NCBI GenBank assembly: GCA_965240325.2
Contig: OZ251228.1
Span: 1,984,001-2,048,000 of the forward strand
Source: Rebecca billardiae RCC1528
Lineage: Eukaryota; Protista; Haptophyta
Direction of reading: 5' to 3'
Length of the DNA: 64,000 bases
The position numbers and the translations under genes are program-made. Under the pieces are notes generated by a model. That model saw only the letters and a list, made by a program, of their open reading frames with translations, made no database searches and was not told the DNA's origin. Each line of letters begins with the position of its first letter. Within the stretch, counting starts at the first letter, position 1. Below, in pieces: positions 22,601 to 33,450 of this stretch.

Positions 22601-24868
22601 TGGTGGGGGGCTCGGCGGTGGGCTCGGTGGATGCGATGGCGGCGGTGATGGCGGTGGGCTGGGCGGCGGACTCGGCGGCGGTGGGCTCGGGGGCGGTGAT
22701 GGTGGTGGCGAGGGCGGTGGACTCGGCGGCGAGCTCGGCGGCGGCGGACTTGGAGGCGGTGATGGCGGTGGTGACGGCGGAGGGCTCGGCGGCGGTGGGC
22801 TTGGTGGTGGGCTCGGTGGCGATGAGGGTGGTGGTGAGGGCGGTGGATTTGGCGGTGGCGGGCTGGGTGGCGGCGATGGCGGTGGGCTTGGCTGTGGGCT
22901 TGGCGGAGGGCTCGGTGGTGGTGGGCTCGGCGGTGGTGACGGTGGTGGGCTCGGTGGTGGTCTGGGAGGTGGACTCGGCGGTGGTGATGGCGGTGGCGAC
23001 GGCGGCGGGCTCGGTGGCGGGCTCGGCGGTGGCGGGCTCGGCGGTGGCGATGGCGGTGGGCTTGGCGGTGGGCTTGGCGGAGGGCTCGGTGGTGGTGGGC
23101 TCGGCGGTGGTGACGGTGGTGGGCTCGGTGGTGGTCTGGGAGGTGGACTCGGCGGTGGTGATGGCGGCGGCGACGGCGGCGGGCTCGGTGGCGGGCTCGG
23201 CGGTGGCGGGCTCGGCGGTGGCGATGGCGGTGGGCTTGGCGGTGGGCTTGGCGGAGGGCTCGGTGGTGGTGGGCTCGGCGGTGGTGACGGTGGTGGGCTC
23301 GGTGGTGGTCTGGGAGGTGGACTCGGCGGTGGTGATGGCGGTGGCGACGGCGGCGGGCTCGGTGGCGGGCTCGGCGGTGGCGGGCTCGGCGGTGGCGATG
23401 GCGGTGGGCTTGGCGGAGGGCTTGGCGGAGGGCTCGGTGGTGGCGGGCTCGGCGGTGGTGACGGTGGTGGGCTCGGTGGTGGTCTGGGAGGTGGACTCGG
23501 CGGTGGTGATGGCGGTGGCGACGGCGGCGGGCTCGGTGGCGGGCTCGGCGGTGGCGGGCTCGGCGGTGGCGATGGCGGTGGGCTTGGCGGTGGGCTTGGC
23601 GGAGGGCTCGGTGGTGGTGGGCTCGGCGGTGGTGACGGTGGTGGGCTCGGTGGTGGTCTGGGAGGTGGACTCGGCGGTGGTGATGGCGGTGGCGACGGCG
23701 GCGGGCTCGGTGGCGGGCTCGGCGGTGGCGGGCTCGGCGGTGGCGATGGCGGTGGGCTTGGCGGTGGGCTTGGCGGAGGGCTCGGTGGTGGTGGGCTCGG
23801 CGGTGGTGACGGTGGTGGGCTCGGTGGTGGTCTGGGAGGTGGACTCGGCGGTGGTGATGGCGGTGGCGACGGCGGCGGGCTCGGTGGCGGGCTCGGCGGT
23901 GGCGGGCTCGGCGGTGGCGATGGCGGTGGGCTTGGCGGAGGGCTTGGCGGAGGGCTCGGCGGTGGTGGGCTTGGCGGTGGTGATGGTGGTGGGCTCGGCG
24001 GCGGCGATGGCGGTGGTGACGGCGGTGGGCTCGGCGGCGGGTTCGGCGGTGGCGGGCTCGGTGGTGGGCTCGGTGGCGGCGGGCTCGGCGGCGGGCTCGG
24101 TGGCGGTGATGGCGGAGGGCTCGGCGGCGGGCTAGGAGGCGGCGGGCTCGGTGGCGGGCTCGGTGGTGGGCTCGGTGGGGGCGATGGCGGTGGTGAGGGC
24201 GGCGGGCTTGGTGGTGGTGGGCTCGGTGGCGGTGATGGTGGTGGGTTCGGCGGTGGGCTTGGCGGTGGGCTCGGCGGTGGACTGGGTGGCGGACCTGGCG
24301 GTGGTGATGGCGGTGGTGCTGGTGGTGGGCTCGGCGGTGGCCTCGGCGGCGGCGATGGCGGCGGTGACGGCGGAGGGCTCGGCGGCGGGCTCGGAGGCGG
24401 TGGGCTCGGAGGCGGTGATGGCGGTGGCGAGGGTGGAGGGCTCGGCGGCGGGCCCGGCGGTGGCGGGCTTGGTGAAGGCGGCGGTGGTGGCGGCTGTGGT
24501 GAAGGCGGCGGTGATGGCGGCGGTGGTGGCGGTGGTGAAGGTGGTGGTGCCGGCGTCGGCGTCGGTGGAAGAGGTGGCGATGGCGGTGACGGCGGTGATG
24601 GAGGCGGGGAGGGCGGATTCGACGGCGGACTGGGTGGCGACGGTGGCGACGGTGGCGATGGTGGCGACGGCGGAGGCGGTGCAAGCGGTGGTGACGGTGG
24701 GGGCGATGGCGGAGGTTGCGGCGGCGGATGCGGCGGCTGAAATGGCTGTCCACCGCGAAGCATCATCGGCTGCAGCAGCAGGACCAGCCCAAACAGACTC
24801 TGGGCCTGCCGTGGCCGCGCTCTCGCGCGCGTTGTGCACGCGCATGTCATCCCGCGGCCGGACATCAT
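13612..24868 (-). CDS. Giant polycystin-1-like membrane protein: signal peptide, ~1450-aa (Ser-Pro3-4)n stalk, REJ/PKD region, GAIN/GPS motif, TM helices, EF-hand pair; intron 13975-14149
   Basis: REJ motifs LTLDGSMS, LVLDASASYDP and GSVTATPASGLAGQTLFQLRAAGWV. GPS motif CRFWNESAGTWDGRGC...CACNHLTHF is followed by a TM helix. EF loops DLDRSGSIDREE and DTDGDGRVQLAE. The last exon carries further TM segments. Confidence 0.85.
20290..24740 (-). repeat. Coding Ser-Pro (extensin-like) repeat with a higher-order 174-bp tandem unit
   Basis: The marker tctgggaggtggactc recurs at 22961, 23135, 23309, 23483, 23657 and 23831 (period 174 bp), and again at 21980. Confidence 0.95.
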
Positions 24869-25345
24869 GGTCGTGGCCGGAAGGGATACTGGCGCCGTGT
24901 GACGTGTGTGCCTTCACGTCTTCACGTTCACGAAGTGGACAGCTGGTGTCCACTTTCCGTCCCGCTTTCCTGTTGACTTCGCGAGCTGCCTATTTACGGA
25001 GTATTTTTACACCATCCTACTATGATACTACCTGCTATGTATCCATACTACTAAAGTACCATGCCACTACACTCTACAGTCATAAGAGACGCACACACTT
25101 CCTGTACTCTAGTGGTGAGAGTATGATAGATGGAATCCGAACCGCCCGAACGACATCCCATCGAATATAGACAACTTTATTTGAGATGCCCTCCGAGATC
25201 ATCGAGAGCTACCCCTTGGCCGGGCCTTGCCGATCGAGATGGCCGCGAGAGCGCCGCAGATCTCACAGTCATCTGCGGCGAGACGCGCAACGACCGGTCT
25301 CGCCGCAGGACCCCGAGCCATCAGCTGCCTGCCTGGAGTCACGCT

Positions 25346-27412
25346 TCACATGATGGCGCACGGCTTCTTTGCGCCCGTGCTGCCCGCGCTACGAGTGCTG
25401 CCGCTCGATTGGCGCCGCGGCGTGCCACCCCCACCCCGCGACCCGCGCCCAGACGGGCCCGCCGGCTGTCCCATCGGGACGCGCGTCTGCTGCATCGGGA
25501 ACGAGTCCGACGGGTACGCGAACGGCTCGAGCGGCGGTGCGCCCTGGACCGGCCGCGACTGCGCGACGGGTGGCTGCTGCTGCGGCGCCGGCGCCGGCTG
25601 CTGCGGCGCCGCGGCCTGCGCCGCGGCCTGCGCCGCGGCCTGGCGCGCCTGCGCTTCCCTCGCATCCTCCGCATCGAGCTCAGCCTGCAGCTGCATGGCC
25701 AGCGCGAGGTCGGCGTCCACGCTTGGCGTCGCGGCGGTCGCCGCGCCGCCGCCGCCCGCCGCTGCGCCCGAGGGCCCGACGGGCGCGCTCAGGAACGGGT
25801 TGTGCTCTGGCTGCTGCTGCTGCTGCTGCAGCTGCGCGGCTGCCACCGGCGGCGCGCCCGGCTGAATGGCGCTCGCGTTGGCAGTCGGCAGCCCGCCCGG
25901 CTGTGCTGCCGAGCTCTGCTGCTCCTGCTGCTGGCGCTGCTGGTGCGCGCGCTGCAGCCGCTCCAGCTGCTCGAGCTGCTGCTGCTGCTGCGCCTGCAGC
26001 TCGCGCTGCTCGGCCTCCGGCAGGGCGAGGAACTCGGGCGGCAGCGGCAGCGCGGCCGGCTGCGCGTGTGCCTCAGGCGGCACCACGTCGCCCTGCACGG
26101 CGCAGATCTCGTGGTCGCGCTGGCGCTGGGAGATGTCGCACAGCTGGAAGTCGGCGCTGCACAGCGTCGTGTCCCCGTCCACCTGGTCCAGCCGCTCCCA
26201 CACCGCCTGCTCGTGCAGGTACCCCAGGTCCGTGATGAGCACATACAGATCGCCCTCGTGCTTGTAAATGGTCGAAAAGTGATTGTTGCGGAAAAAGGCG
26301 GCGAGCTCGTTCTCCTTCATCGTGGTGTGCAGCTCGACGAGGCCGAGATACGTGAGCTGGGTCGCGCTCGTGTTGAGGAACTCCTGCGCGATCAGGCCGT
26401 CGTGCATGATGCGCTCGCGCTCCGCGTCGCTCAGGCCCGCGTCAGGCGGCGGCGGCGTCGGAGGCGGGGTGGGCGGCGGGGGCAGCGGCGGCAGCGTGGG
26501 CGCAGCAGCAGGCACCGCAGCCGCCACGGCCTCCGACGCTGGTGCGGCGGCGTGCACCGGCGCGGGGCTCGGCTCCGCGACGGGCGACGCCGCGACCGCG
26601 GCCTCGTACGGCGGCGGCGGCGGCGGTGATGCGGCGGCTGGCGCGGGCGCGGCGGGTGCACCAATCGCGGCCGCTGCCGGCTGCGGGGACGCCGCAGTTG
26701 CCGTGGCTGTTGCCGAGCTGCCGACGTCGTCGTCGCTGGGCAGCAGCGAGTTCATCGCGATGACCTTCTCGATCAGCTGGTTGTACGTGCTGTTCCCAAT
26801 CACGCGCATCGCGTCCCGATCCTGCGGGTCGATGATCCAGCCGTGCAGCATGCGCACGCCCACCAGGTCAAACACGATGTGCTCCGCGGTGTACTCAAAC
26901 TTGTCCACGCTGCGCGGCGCGAGGGGGAGGGCGAGAGGCGGCGCGCGGCGGCGCGCGGGCGCGTGAGCAGGGTGCGATCGCGCCGGCGGTGCCGCCCGGC
27001 GGCGTACGCCTCCACCTGCATCGTTTGCGGCCGCGGCGCGTGTGCGAGAGCGCAGCGGCGCACACCCGCCAAAGTTCACGTTCACGTCGATGCCACGGCA
27101 CAGGTTCGGGAAGATGGCCATGCAGTCGGTGATATTCTGCTGCTGGTTGGCCCGCACCTCCTCGTCGTCAGACAGCCGGATCGCCTTGAGCAGGTAGTCC
27201 CCCACGAGCTCGACCAGCTCGTCGTACGACACCTGCGGCCGGTCTGGGTGGATGTCGATCGCGCCGCGGAGCAGCAGGATGTTGGCGATGGCGATCAGCG
27301 GGCACGGCCCGTTCTCGTTCTGCGCGAGGATCGGCACGTTGCGCCCGCCGAAGCCGATCGCCTTCAGGCGGAAGATCGAGTTGTCGTCCACGTCGTGGAA
27401 GGCCAGCGCCAT
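25346..27412 (-). CDS. MINDY-1/2 (FAM63)-family K48 deubiquitinase with MIU motif and C-terminal CaaX; intron 26910-27065
   Basis: ILAQNENGPCPLIAIANILLLRG (catalytic Cys), GIDVNVNF, LHGWIIDPQ, FFRNNHFST, LITDLGY, MIU DADLALAMQLQ, and C-terminal CAIM. Confidence 0.93.
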   Translation of the reverse strand: MALAFHDVDDNSIFRLKAIGFGGRNVPILAQNENGPCPLIAIANILLLRGAIDIHPDRPQVSYDELVELVGDYLLKAIRLSDDEEVRANQQQNITDCMAIFPNLCRGIDVNVNFGGCAPLRSRTRAAAANDAGGGVRRRAAPPARSHPAHAPARRRAPPLALPLAPRSVDKFEYTAEHIVFDLVGVRMLHGWIIDPQDRDAMRVIGNSTYNQLIEKVIAMNSLLPSDDDVGSSATATATAASPQPAAAAIGAPAAPAPAAASPPPPPPYEAAVAASPVAEPSPAPVHAAAPASEAVAAAVPAAAPTLPPLPPPPTPPPTPPPPDAGLSDAERERIMHDGLIAQEFLNTSATQLTYLGLVELHTTMKENELAAFFRNNHFSTIYKHEGDLYVLITDLGYLHEQAVWERLDQVDGDTTLCSADFQLCDISQRQRDHEICAVQGDVVPPEAHAQPAALPLPPEFLALPEAEQRELQAQQQQQLEQLERLQRAHQQRQQQEQQSSAAQPGGLPTANASAIQPGAPPVAAAQLQQQQQQPEHNPFLSAPVGPSGAAAGGGGAATAATPSVDADLALAMQLQAELDAEDAREAQARQAAAQAAAQAAAPQQPAPAPQQQPPVAQSRPVQGAPPLEPFAYPSDSFPMQQTRVPMGQPAGPSGRGSRGGGGTPRRQSSGSTRSAGSTGAKKPCAIM

Positions 27413-27515
27413 TGTCACCAACCGGCCCGGGTGCGGGCGGCAGCAGCGGAACAGCAGCAGAAAAGACCTGTACCGTGACGGTATCAATCGCGACGAAGCT
27501 CGGGCGGAGTACTCG

Positions 27516-29435
27516 ATGGCGGCACGCGCGGGGCTGCTCGCCCTCTGGGTCGGCGCTCTGCCGGCCGCATCGAGCGCGGCGACGCCTCGCGTGGCCGTCT
27601 GCCTGATCGGGTCATTGCCACAAGGGGACACCTTCGCGCTGCGCCGCTCGATCAACGCCACCGTCCTCAGCGTCGCCGACGGCGCGTGGAGCGCTGACAC
27701 TTTCATCGAGTCGTGGCTGCCTGCGCGGCCCGCCGGCACCAACGAGCCGGACCCGCTGTGGCACGACCTCTTCCCGGGGATCATCTCGCTTGGCGTCGAA
27801 CTGCCCGGCCCGCGCACCCCGCCGCAGTGCGAGCGGCTTCGCCGCGTGCACGCATGCGCCGACGCTAAGCGCGCGTGGGAGGATTCGCACCATTTCACCT
27901 ACGACGCTGTCGTCGAGCTCGAGCTCGATGGCGGGTGCGGTGAGGCGCAGTGGGGTGGCATCGGGCAGGCAGTGCGCGCGGCGGTGCTCTCCGGTGGCCT
28001 GCGCGACCGCCCGCTCGAGCGCTGGCTCCGCCCGGGCGGCACGGCGTGCTGTGCGCTCGGCCACTCTGCTGGCTTTGACGCGTACGCGCGCGCGTGGGAG
28101 CTGAGCGTGAGCAAGCCGTGCCGCGGCAAGAAGCTGCCGCGCAGGAGCTCGGGGGATGGGGCGCGGGCGGACGCGCTGGTCGCCACCGCTGCCAAGCCAG
28201 CCCCGAGCGCTGCCGCTCTCGGCGCCGCGCTGCTTGAGCGGCTTGACGCCCACCTGCGCACAGCGCTGCCGGGTGCCCACACTCACGAGATCGAGACCGC
28301 GGCGGCGGCGCGGCCGCCAGCCGCGCCGCCGCCGACGGAGGCGGTCGCGTCTGCGGGCTCGTCCGCGTTGCCGCGCGTCGCGGTGTGCGTCGCTGGGCTC
28401 TTCCGCGGGCACCGCAAGGCCATGCTCCCCTCCCTCCGCGCCAAGGTGCTCCACAACAACTCGTGGCAGGCGGACCTCTTCGTGGAGACTTGGCTGCACG
28501 AGGGCGCGGATCGCATTACGCGCATGCGGCACAGACGCGAGGGCCACGGCCGGATCGTCAACGAGCGCTGGCGCTTCCTGTACCCGGAGGCGGTGTCGGT
28601 GCGCCAGCTTCGGACGCCGCAGAACGTGTCGCGCCACTTCCGTGGGCTCTCCCTCCCGGCCGGCCTCGCCATCGCTCACGCAAATCGCTTCATGAGCACG
28701 CTGCCCAACCTGGGACGGATCTCAGACTGCGCCCGCGCGATTCGGCGCTGGCAGGCAGCGACGGGCCTGGCGTACGACGTCGTTGTGAAGCTCCGGCCGG
28801 ACAAGCCGTGCGGCGGCACCTCATGGCGCTCGCTGCGCGACGCTGTGCAGGCGGTCCTCGACTCGCAGCGCGCGGTGCGCGCCGCCGCCGCCGTCGCCGG
28901 TGGTGCTGGCGGCTCCGGAGACGGCGGCTCTCGAGGCGCAGCGTCGCCGCAGGCGGCGCGCCGGCAGACGCGCGCGTGGCCAGCGCCGCGCGCCGCACCC
29001 GTGGTGCACGGGCGGCAGCTCATGCCCAAGGCGGTGCTGGTCGCGCCGGGCTCGGTCGGCGTGAACCGCTCGGTCGGCATCCAGTTCGTCCACGGCAACC
29101 GCTGGCCGCACATGCAGGTGTCGGACGAGTGGGCGGTGGGCACACCCGCCGCCATGCAATTCTACATGGGCGCATTCGACGCGATTGGGCGGTTGTGGCG
29201 GTCGGCGGAGATGCAGCGCCAGCTGCGCAACGTCAGGCCCCAAGCGTATAACTGGGCGCTCGACGAGGGCTTCATGTTGGTGCACATGGCACAGTCGCCG
29301 GGCTACTACCCGCACGGCAGCCGGTACACCATGTGTTGCGAGTATCCGCAGGCGCGCAAGCACTACGGAGCGTGCGGAACCTACTACCGCGCGCTGGTCG
29401 CGGGCAATCAGACGAGCGTGTTAGCCTGGCCTTGA
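27516..29435 (+). CDS. Secreted/Golgi protein with two tandem glycosyltransferase-like domains, intronless
   Basis: Signal peptide. The unit is repeated: RVAVCLIG...ADTFIESW...YDAVVELELD and RVAVCVAGLFR...ADLFVETW...YDVVVKLRPD...SDEWAVG. Confidence 0.65.
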   Translation: MAARAGLLALWVGALPAASSAATPRVAVCLIGSLPQGDTFALRRSINATVLSVADGAWSADTFIESWLPARPAGTNEPDPLWHDLFPGIISLGVELPGPRTPPQCERLRRVHACADAKRAWEDSHHFTYDAVVELELDGGCGEAQWGGIGQAVRAAVLSGGLRDRPLERWLRPGGTACCALGHSAGFDAYARAWELSVSKPCRGKKLPRRSSGDGARADALVATAAKPAPSAAALGAALLERLDAHLRTALPGAHTHEIETAAAARPPAAPPPTEAVASAGSSALPRVAVCVAGLFRGHRKAMLPSLRAKVLHNNSWQADLFVETWLHEGADRITRMRHRREGHGRIVNERWRFLYPEAVSVRQLRTPQNVSRHFRGLSLPAGLAIAHANRFMSTLPNLGRISDCARAIRRWQAATGLAYDVVVKLRPDKPCGGTSWRSLRDAVQAVLDSQRAVRAAAAVAGGAGGSGDGGSRGAASPQAARRQTRAWPAPRAAPVVHGRQLMPKAVLVAPGSVGVNRSVGIQFVHGNRWPHMQVSDEWAVGTPAAMQFYMGAFDAIGRLWRSAEMQRQLRNVRPQAYNWALDEGFMLVHMAQSPGYYPHGSRYTMCCEYPQARKHYGACGTYYRALVAGNQTSVLAWP

Positions 29436-30642
29436 TCGCGCGCAATCGTCGGTGATAAATTCCGACAGCTGCTAGGCCTATGGTCCGGGATAAATGGTCC
29501 GGTAACTAGGCGCGCGCGGAGTTTCCATCAATTATAATACGACGAGTAGACGACGACAGCAGCAGCTGAGACAGTAGTCAGTAGCAGTCTAAGTCAGTCA
29601 AGTGAGACCTGGTATGTGCCGTGTGGCGACGGCGTGCCTGTGGCATCGCAACGGTGTGTGTCACAGTGTCACACTTCTTTCATCAGAGAGCTCTTAATCC
29701 TCGCAGATAGATGAGATGTCGAATCCCACCCGCATTGGGCCAAGAAGGCCAAGGCCATTTGTGCTATATTCAGCGAGGGAATTGTCCTATTAGTGTCTAT
29801 GCCTGCAAAAAGAGATTATTAATACGAGCAGGGGAATCGGATAGTACGAACGCAATCAAGCGTCATTAAGGGGTTAGGGGGTTGAATGCCATTCACTCAA
29901 GGCTCAAGCAGCTCTCCCCCTGCTACAAGTACAAAATCCCCACCAGCATCACGCGCGCCATTATCATTATATTTTTTATTTTGCGGAGCACGTGCGCCGC
30001 CCCCCCCCCCCCCCCGGCTTTCGCTCACGCTCAGACCTTTCGGGGGGGGCCGTGCGCCATAAGTCGACTATTCACCATGTCGAGTCCCGGGTCCGGGAGC
30101 GCGCAGCGGCAGCATATGCCGATGTATGGACTGACGATGGTGCGGAGCCCGCGCCGTGCCGCCCGTGGGCCGCCCTCAGCGGCCTCAGCCCCTCATTAGT
30201 CCTACGACTCAGTCGAATCTTGGACAGTCTTAGCACTGGGCCTCAAGCAACATTCTCCGTGTAGTCAAAATGACTAGGACCGCCGCCGTGTATTAGTTCA
30301 GCGGTCCGTCGTAGCAGTTATGAATATGACCGCGTTCCGCGGTTCTTTTTCTGCATAGAGATCACCCGGAGCCCGTTATAAAGGGAAAAAAAAATAGAAT
30401 CAACGCAGTTGGGGGCCCGCGGTGGCCGTGCAATCGCGCCTCTCCGCAGTGGCAGTTCGCCAGTTGAAGTACGGTTCTGAACGTCCGACCGTCGCCTGCT
30501 TGCGACTTGCGAGACTCACTCACTCACACTTCACAGCAGCGCGAGACTCACTCACACTTCACACAATCACAGCAGCGGACCTGAGACCGCACGGTCAAAT
30601 CGGACGTCCGTCTGACAACTGCACGTTAAATCATAGTAAACT

Positions 30643-31772
30643 CAAGGGCGGTAAGGGCTGTCAACTCCCAGTGGCGCCGAGTGGCGGAGGTTGGTTGCCC
30701 CTCAACTCGTGCGGCCTCGCGGCGCAGCGGCTAAGTCTCCTGGGGCGCCGCCCAGGAGGGCGCGTGGGGTGCGCACGCCGCGGGCTCCTGCGGCCGCGGC
30801 AGCGGCCGCGGACACGGCGCGCGTGGTTGGTCGCATGCTAGACAGTATGTAGTACCCTCCCACGCCGCGCGCCGTGCTCGCCGGTGCCCTCGCCGTGCCT
30901 CAGGCCAGCCGCGCACGCGCGCCGCACCAATGGCCAGCCGTGGCCACGCGCCAGCCGCCGGCGCGCGCGCGGTGCGCGGTGCGGTCGGCGCGGGTCGGGC
31001 GCGCGCCCGGGGCGAGGCTTGTGTATGATGGGCGCGCGTCATGCCGCCTCGCGCCGCCGCACACGAGCTTGATCACGTTCCACGCGGCTGCTGAAGGGTG
31101 CTCGTCGAGCATTCCTCGGCCATCAGAAATGAGCTTGGACAAGCGGCTGTGAGCGCACTGAGTGCGAGGAACGCGAGCACTTGGGGGCTCGCGTGCCATA
31201 GTATGATGCTAGTCGTGCTCATATCAGTGGTCTGCGCTTGTCTATCACGCGTCGCTGCCTTCCCATGATCGTCTCAACATGAGCATTTTCAAACATGGCA
31301 ATGCACACTCGACAGCATGAGAACGCGTGCGCGCCGACCCATGCGGGCTCCAGCGCGGCGGCGCGAGGCGGCATGACGCGCGCCCAACATACACAAGCCT
31401 CGCCCCGGGCGCGCGCCCGACCCGCGCCGACCGCACCGCGCACCGCGCGCGCGCCGGCGGCTGGCGCGTGGCCACGGCTGGCCATTGGTGCGGCGCGCGT
31501 GCGCGGCTGGCCTGAGGCACGGCGAGGGCACCGGCGAGCACGGCGCGCGGCGTGGGAGGGTACTACATACTGTCTAGCATGCGACCAACCACGTGCGCCG
31601 TGTCCGCGGCCGCTGCCGCGGCCGCAGGAGCACGCGGCGTGCGCACCCCACGCGCCCTCCTGGGCGGCGCCCCAGGAGACTTAGCCGCTGCGCCGCGAGG
31701 CCGCACGAGTTGAGGGGCAACCAACCTCCGCCACTCGGCGCCACTGGGAGTTGACAGCCCTTACCGCCCTTG
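30643..31772. mobile_element. Non-autonomous P-superfamily-like foldback element: 418-bp TIRs, 7-bp TSD GTAAACT
   Basis: Arms 30643-31060 and 31355-31772 are reverse complements with about 3 mismatches. Termini are CAAGGG...CCCTTG. gtaaact lies at 30636-30642 and 31773-31779. Confidence 0.92.
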
Positions 31773-32304
31773 GTAAACTGTAGCTGCCAAAAGCATACGG
31801 GGAAAGCGCGACGAGATAGTAGGCGCCGCGCGCGCCGAGGCGCTTCGCGCTTCCTCGTACGTCGCACCCGGACGCGTGGCACGCGACTCACGCGGCTGCG
31901 CATCGGCGCTGAGGTACAAGGGTCCATCCGCGCCGATCGCGCGCGTGCGCACGCCCTGCCTCGCCGCTGCGGCGGGCGCACGCGCTTCGCGAGCCGCCAT
32001 GCGTGCGCTGTGAGGCAAAAGCGCACGCGCGCGGCGAGGCACGTTGAACGCCCCAGACGCAGCGATGTGGCGTATAGCGTAGCACATGTCACACACGTGC
32101 CCTCAGCTTCGTGTGGCGCCGCGCGTGTGCACGGTCTCGGCGGTGCGCGTCGCGCACTTTGCGCAGCCGTCAGCACACAGCCAGCTGACCCACGTGCGCC
32201 CGGCGTCGTCGAGTGAGCTGTGCACTGCGCGCACGAGGCGTGGCGCTGCGTGCGTGGGCGCGTGGCGCTGCGTGCGTGGTCGACAGCGGGCGCGAAGATT
32301 GACG

Positions 32305-33450
32305 ATGGCGGATTTTCCCCCAAGCGCCGCATCCATGCGCTCGGCATCAGCGCGCACGAAGAGCGCCTCCGCCGCACGGGACGGGTGCACCATCCACAAC
32401 CGACGAGTCTGTCTCTCCCAGTCCAATGCCACCGCTCGCCGGCACCGCACACGCACGACGCAGCTGCCCCAGCAGTGGTTGGGGGCCGTCGGCCTCGCGA
32501 CACTTGCATGCGCCGCACTCGCATCCGCGGCCGACCTCCCACCGCCGGCGAAAGGCTGCCGGCCCCTGGCGACTGTCGTGCAGAACGCCACCCTGCCACC
32601 GCCTCCCACGCGCGCGGCCATCGATCGCGCGCTCGACGCGAGCGCGGCCGTTATGGCCGAGCGCGCCACCTACTTTGAGACCCTCCAGCGCGACCCTGAG
32701 GCCAGGGCGTGGACGAGCAGGCCGTTCATCGACTCGGGCATGAAGCTGGCGCCTGTGCCGGGGTGTGGTGATAAGCCGGGGATGGTTTGCATCTGCGGCG
32801 ACAGCGTGTCGCGCGAGATCACGCATCGCGTGGCGGCAGCGCTGCAGCCAGCGGTGAAGCGGCTGGTGATCCACACGCAGTGGCTCGACTGCCAGCGGGA
32901 GCGGGGCGCCAAGCACGCGCTGGGGATCACATCGCGCTGGGAGACGTGCAGCATCGCTCTTGTGGGCATGCCAGGGCTGCACACGCTGACCAGAGATGGC
33001 TGGGCCAAAGGCCTCCAAGGCCTACATAGCCGGGGCAACTGGCACCGCGCCTTGTTCAATGATCTGTACTCGAGGGTGACGGGCCTCGCTGACAAGATGC
33101 GCATCCCCTTTGTCTTCATCGGCACGGCTCCGGCGAATGGCAACCTGATCGTTCGTAATCCACCAAAGATCGACGCGGAGAAATTCCTCCCATTCGAGCT
33201 TGCGGACCTGTTCGCACGCTCCGAGAGCAGCATCATGGCCAAGAAGCCGCCCCACCCGTGGGTGCACTTTATGGACGTGAGCCGGCTCGTGCACAACTAC
33301 TTTGGGATCCGCTGCGACGGCATGCACTTCGAGTCCGACTTCCTGTACCCCGTGACAGGTGAGAATCGCACCGTGCACTGCCACAAGAGTCCCGCGCTGT
33401 ACGATAAAGTCGTGCTCGACACACTCCGCCGAGCCGGGCTTGTGGTGTAG
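32305..33450 (+). CDS. SGNH-hydrolase / PC-esterase-like (putative polysaccharide acyl-modifying) protein, intronless; start uncertain
   Basis: GDS motif (ICGDSVSRE) and C-terminal DxxH (RCDGMHF); hydrophobic segment WLGAVGLATLACAALA. Confidence 0.65.
   Translation: MADFPPSAASMRSASARTKSASAARDGCTIHNRRVCLSQSNATARRHRTRTTQLPQQWLGAVGLATLACAALASAADLPPPAKGCRPLATVVQNATLPPPPTRAAIDRALDASAAVMAERATYFETLQRDPEARAWTSRPFIDSGMKLAPVPGCGDKPGMVCICGDSVSREITHRVAAALQPAVKRLVIHTQWLDCQRERGAKHALGITSRWETCSIALVGMPGLHTLTRDGWAKGLQGLHSRGNWHRALFNDLYSRVTGLADKMRIPFVFIGTAPANGNLIVRNPPKIDAEKFLPFELADLFARSESSIMAKKPPHPWVHFMDVSRLVHNYFGIRCDGMHFESDFLYPVTGENRTVHCHKSPALYDKVVLDTLRRAGLVV

Noticed and set aside
22900-23950. Regular repeats as a possible CRISPR array
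   Set aside because: There are no unique spacers, the repeat is a coding tandem in a eukaryotic gene, and no cas genes are present.
18138-24740. 2200-aa Gly-rich and 1219-aa Ala/Val-rich + strand ORFs, and the 846-aa His/Arg ORF
   Set aside because: These are antisense or alternative frames of the Ser-Pro repeat. Only the Ser-Pro frame joins a signal peptide to REJ/GPS domains.
29866-29884. Telomere-like ttaaggggttagggggttg
   Set aside because: Only one exact TTAGGG; too short to call an interstitial telomere.
29988-30056. Poly-C / poly-G potential hairpin
   Set aside because: Low complexity with no defined ends or TSD; cannot be assigned.
30461-30621. Possible tiny CAGTTG...CAACTG MITE with an internal ~32-bp duplication
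   Set aside because: The inverted match is too interrupted and there is no TA duplication.
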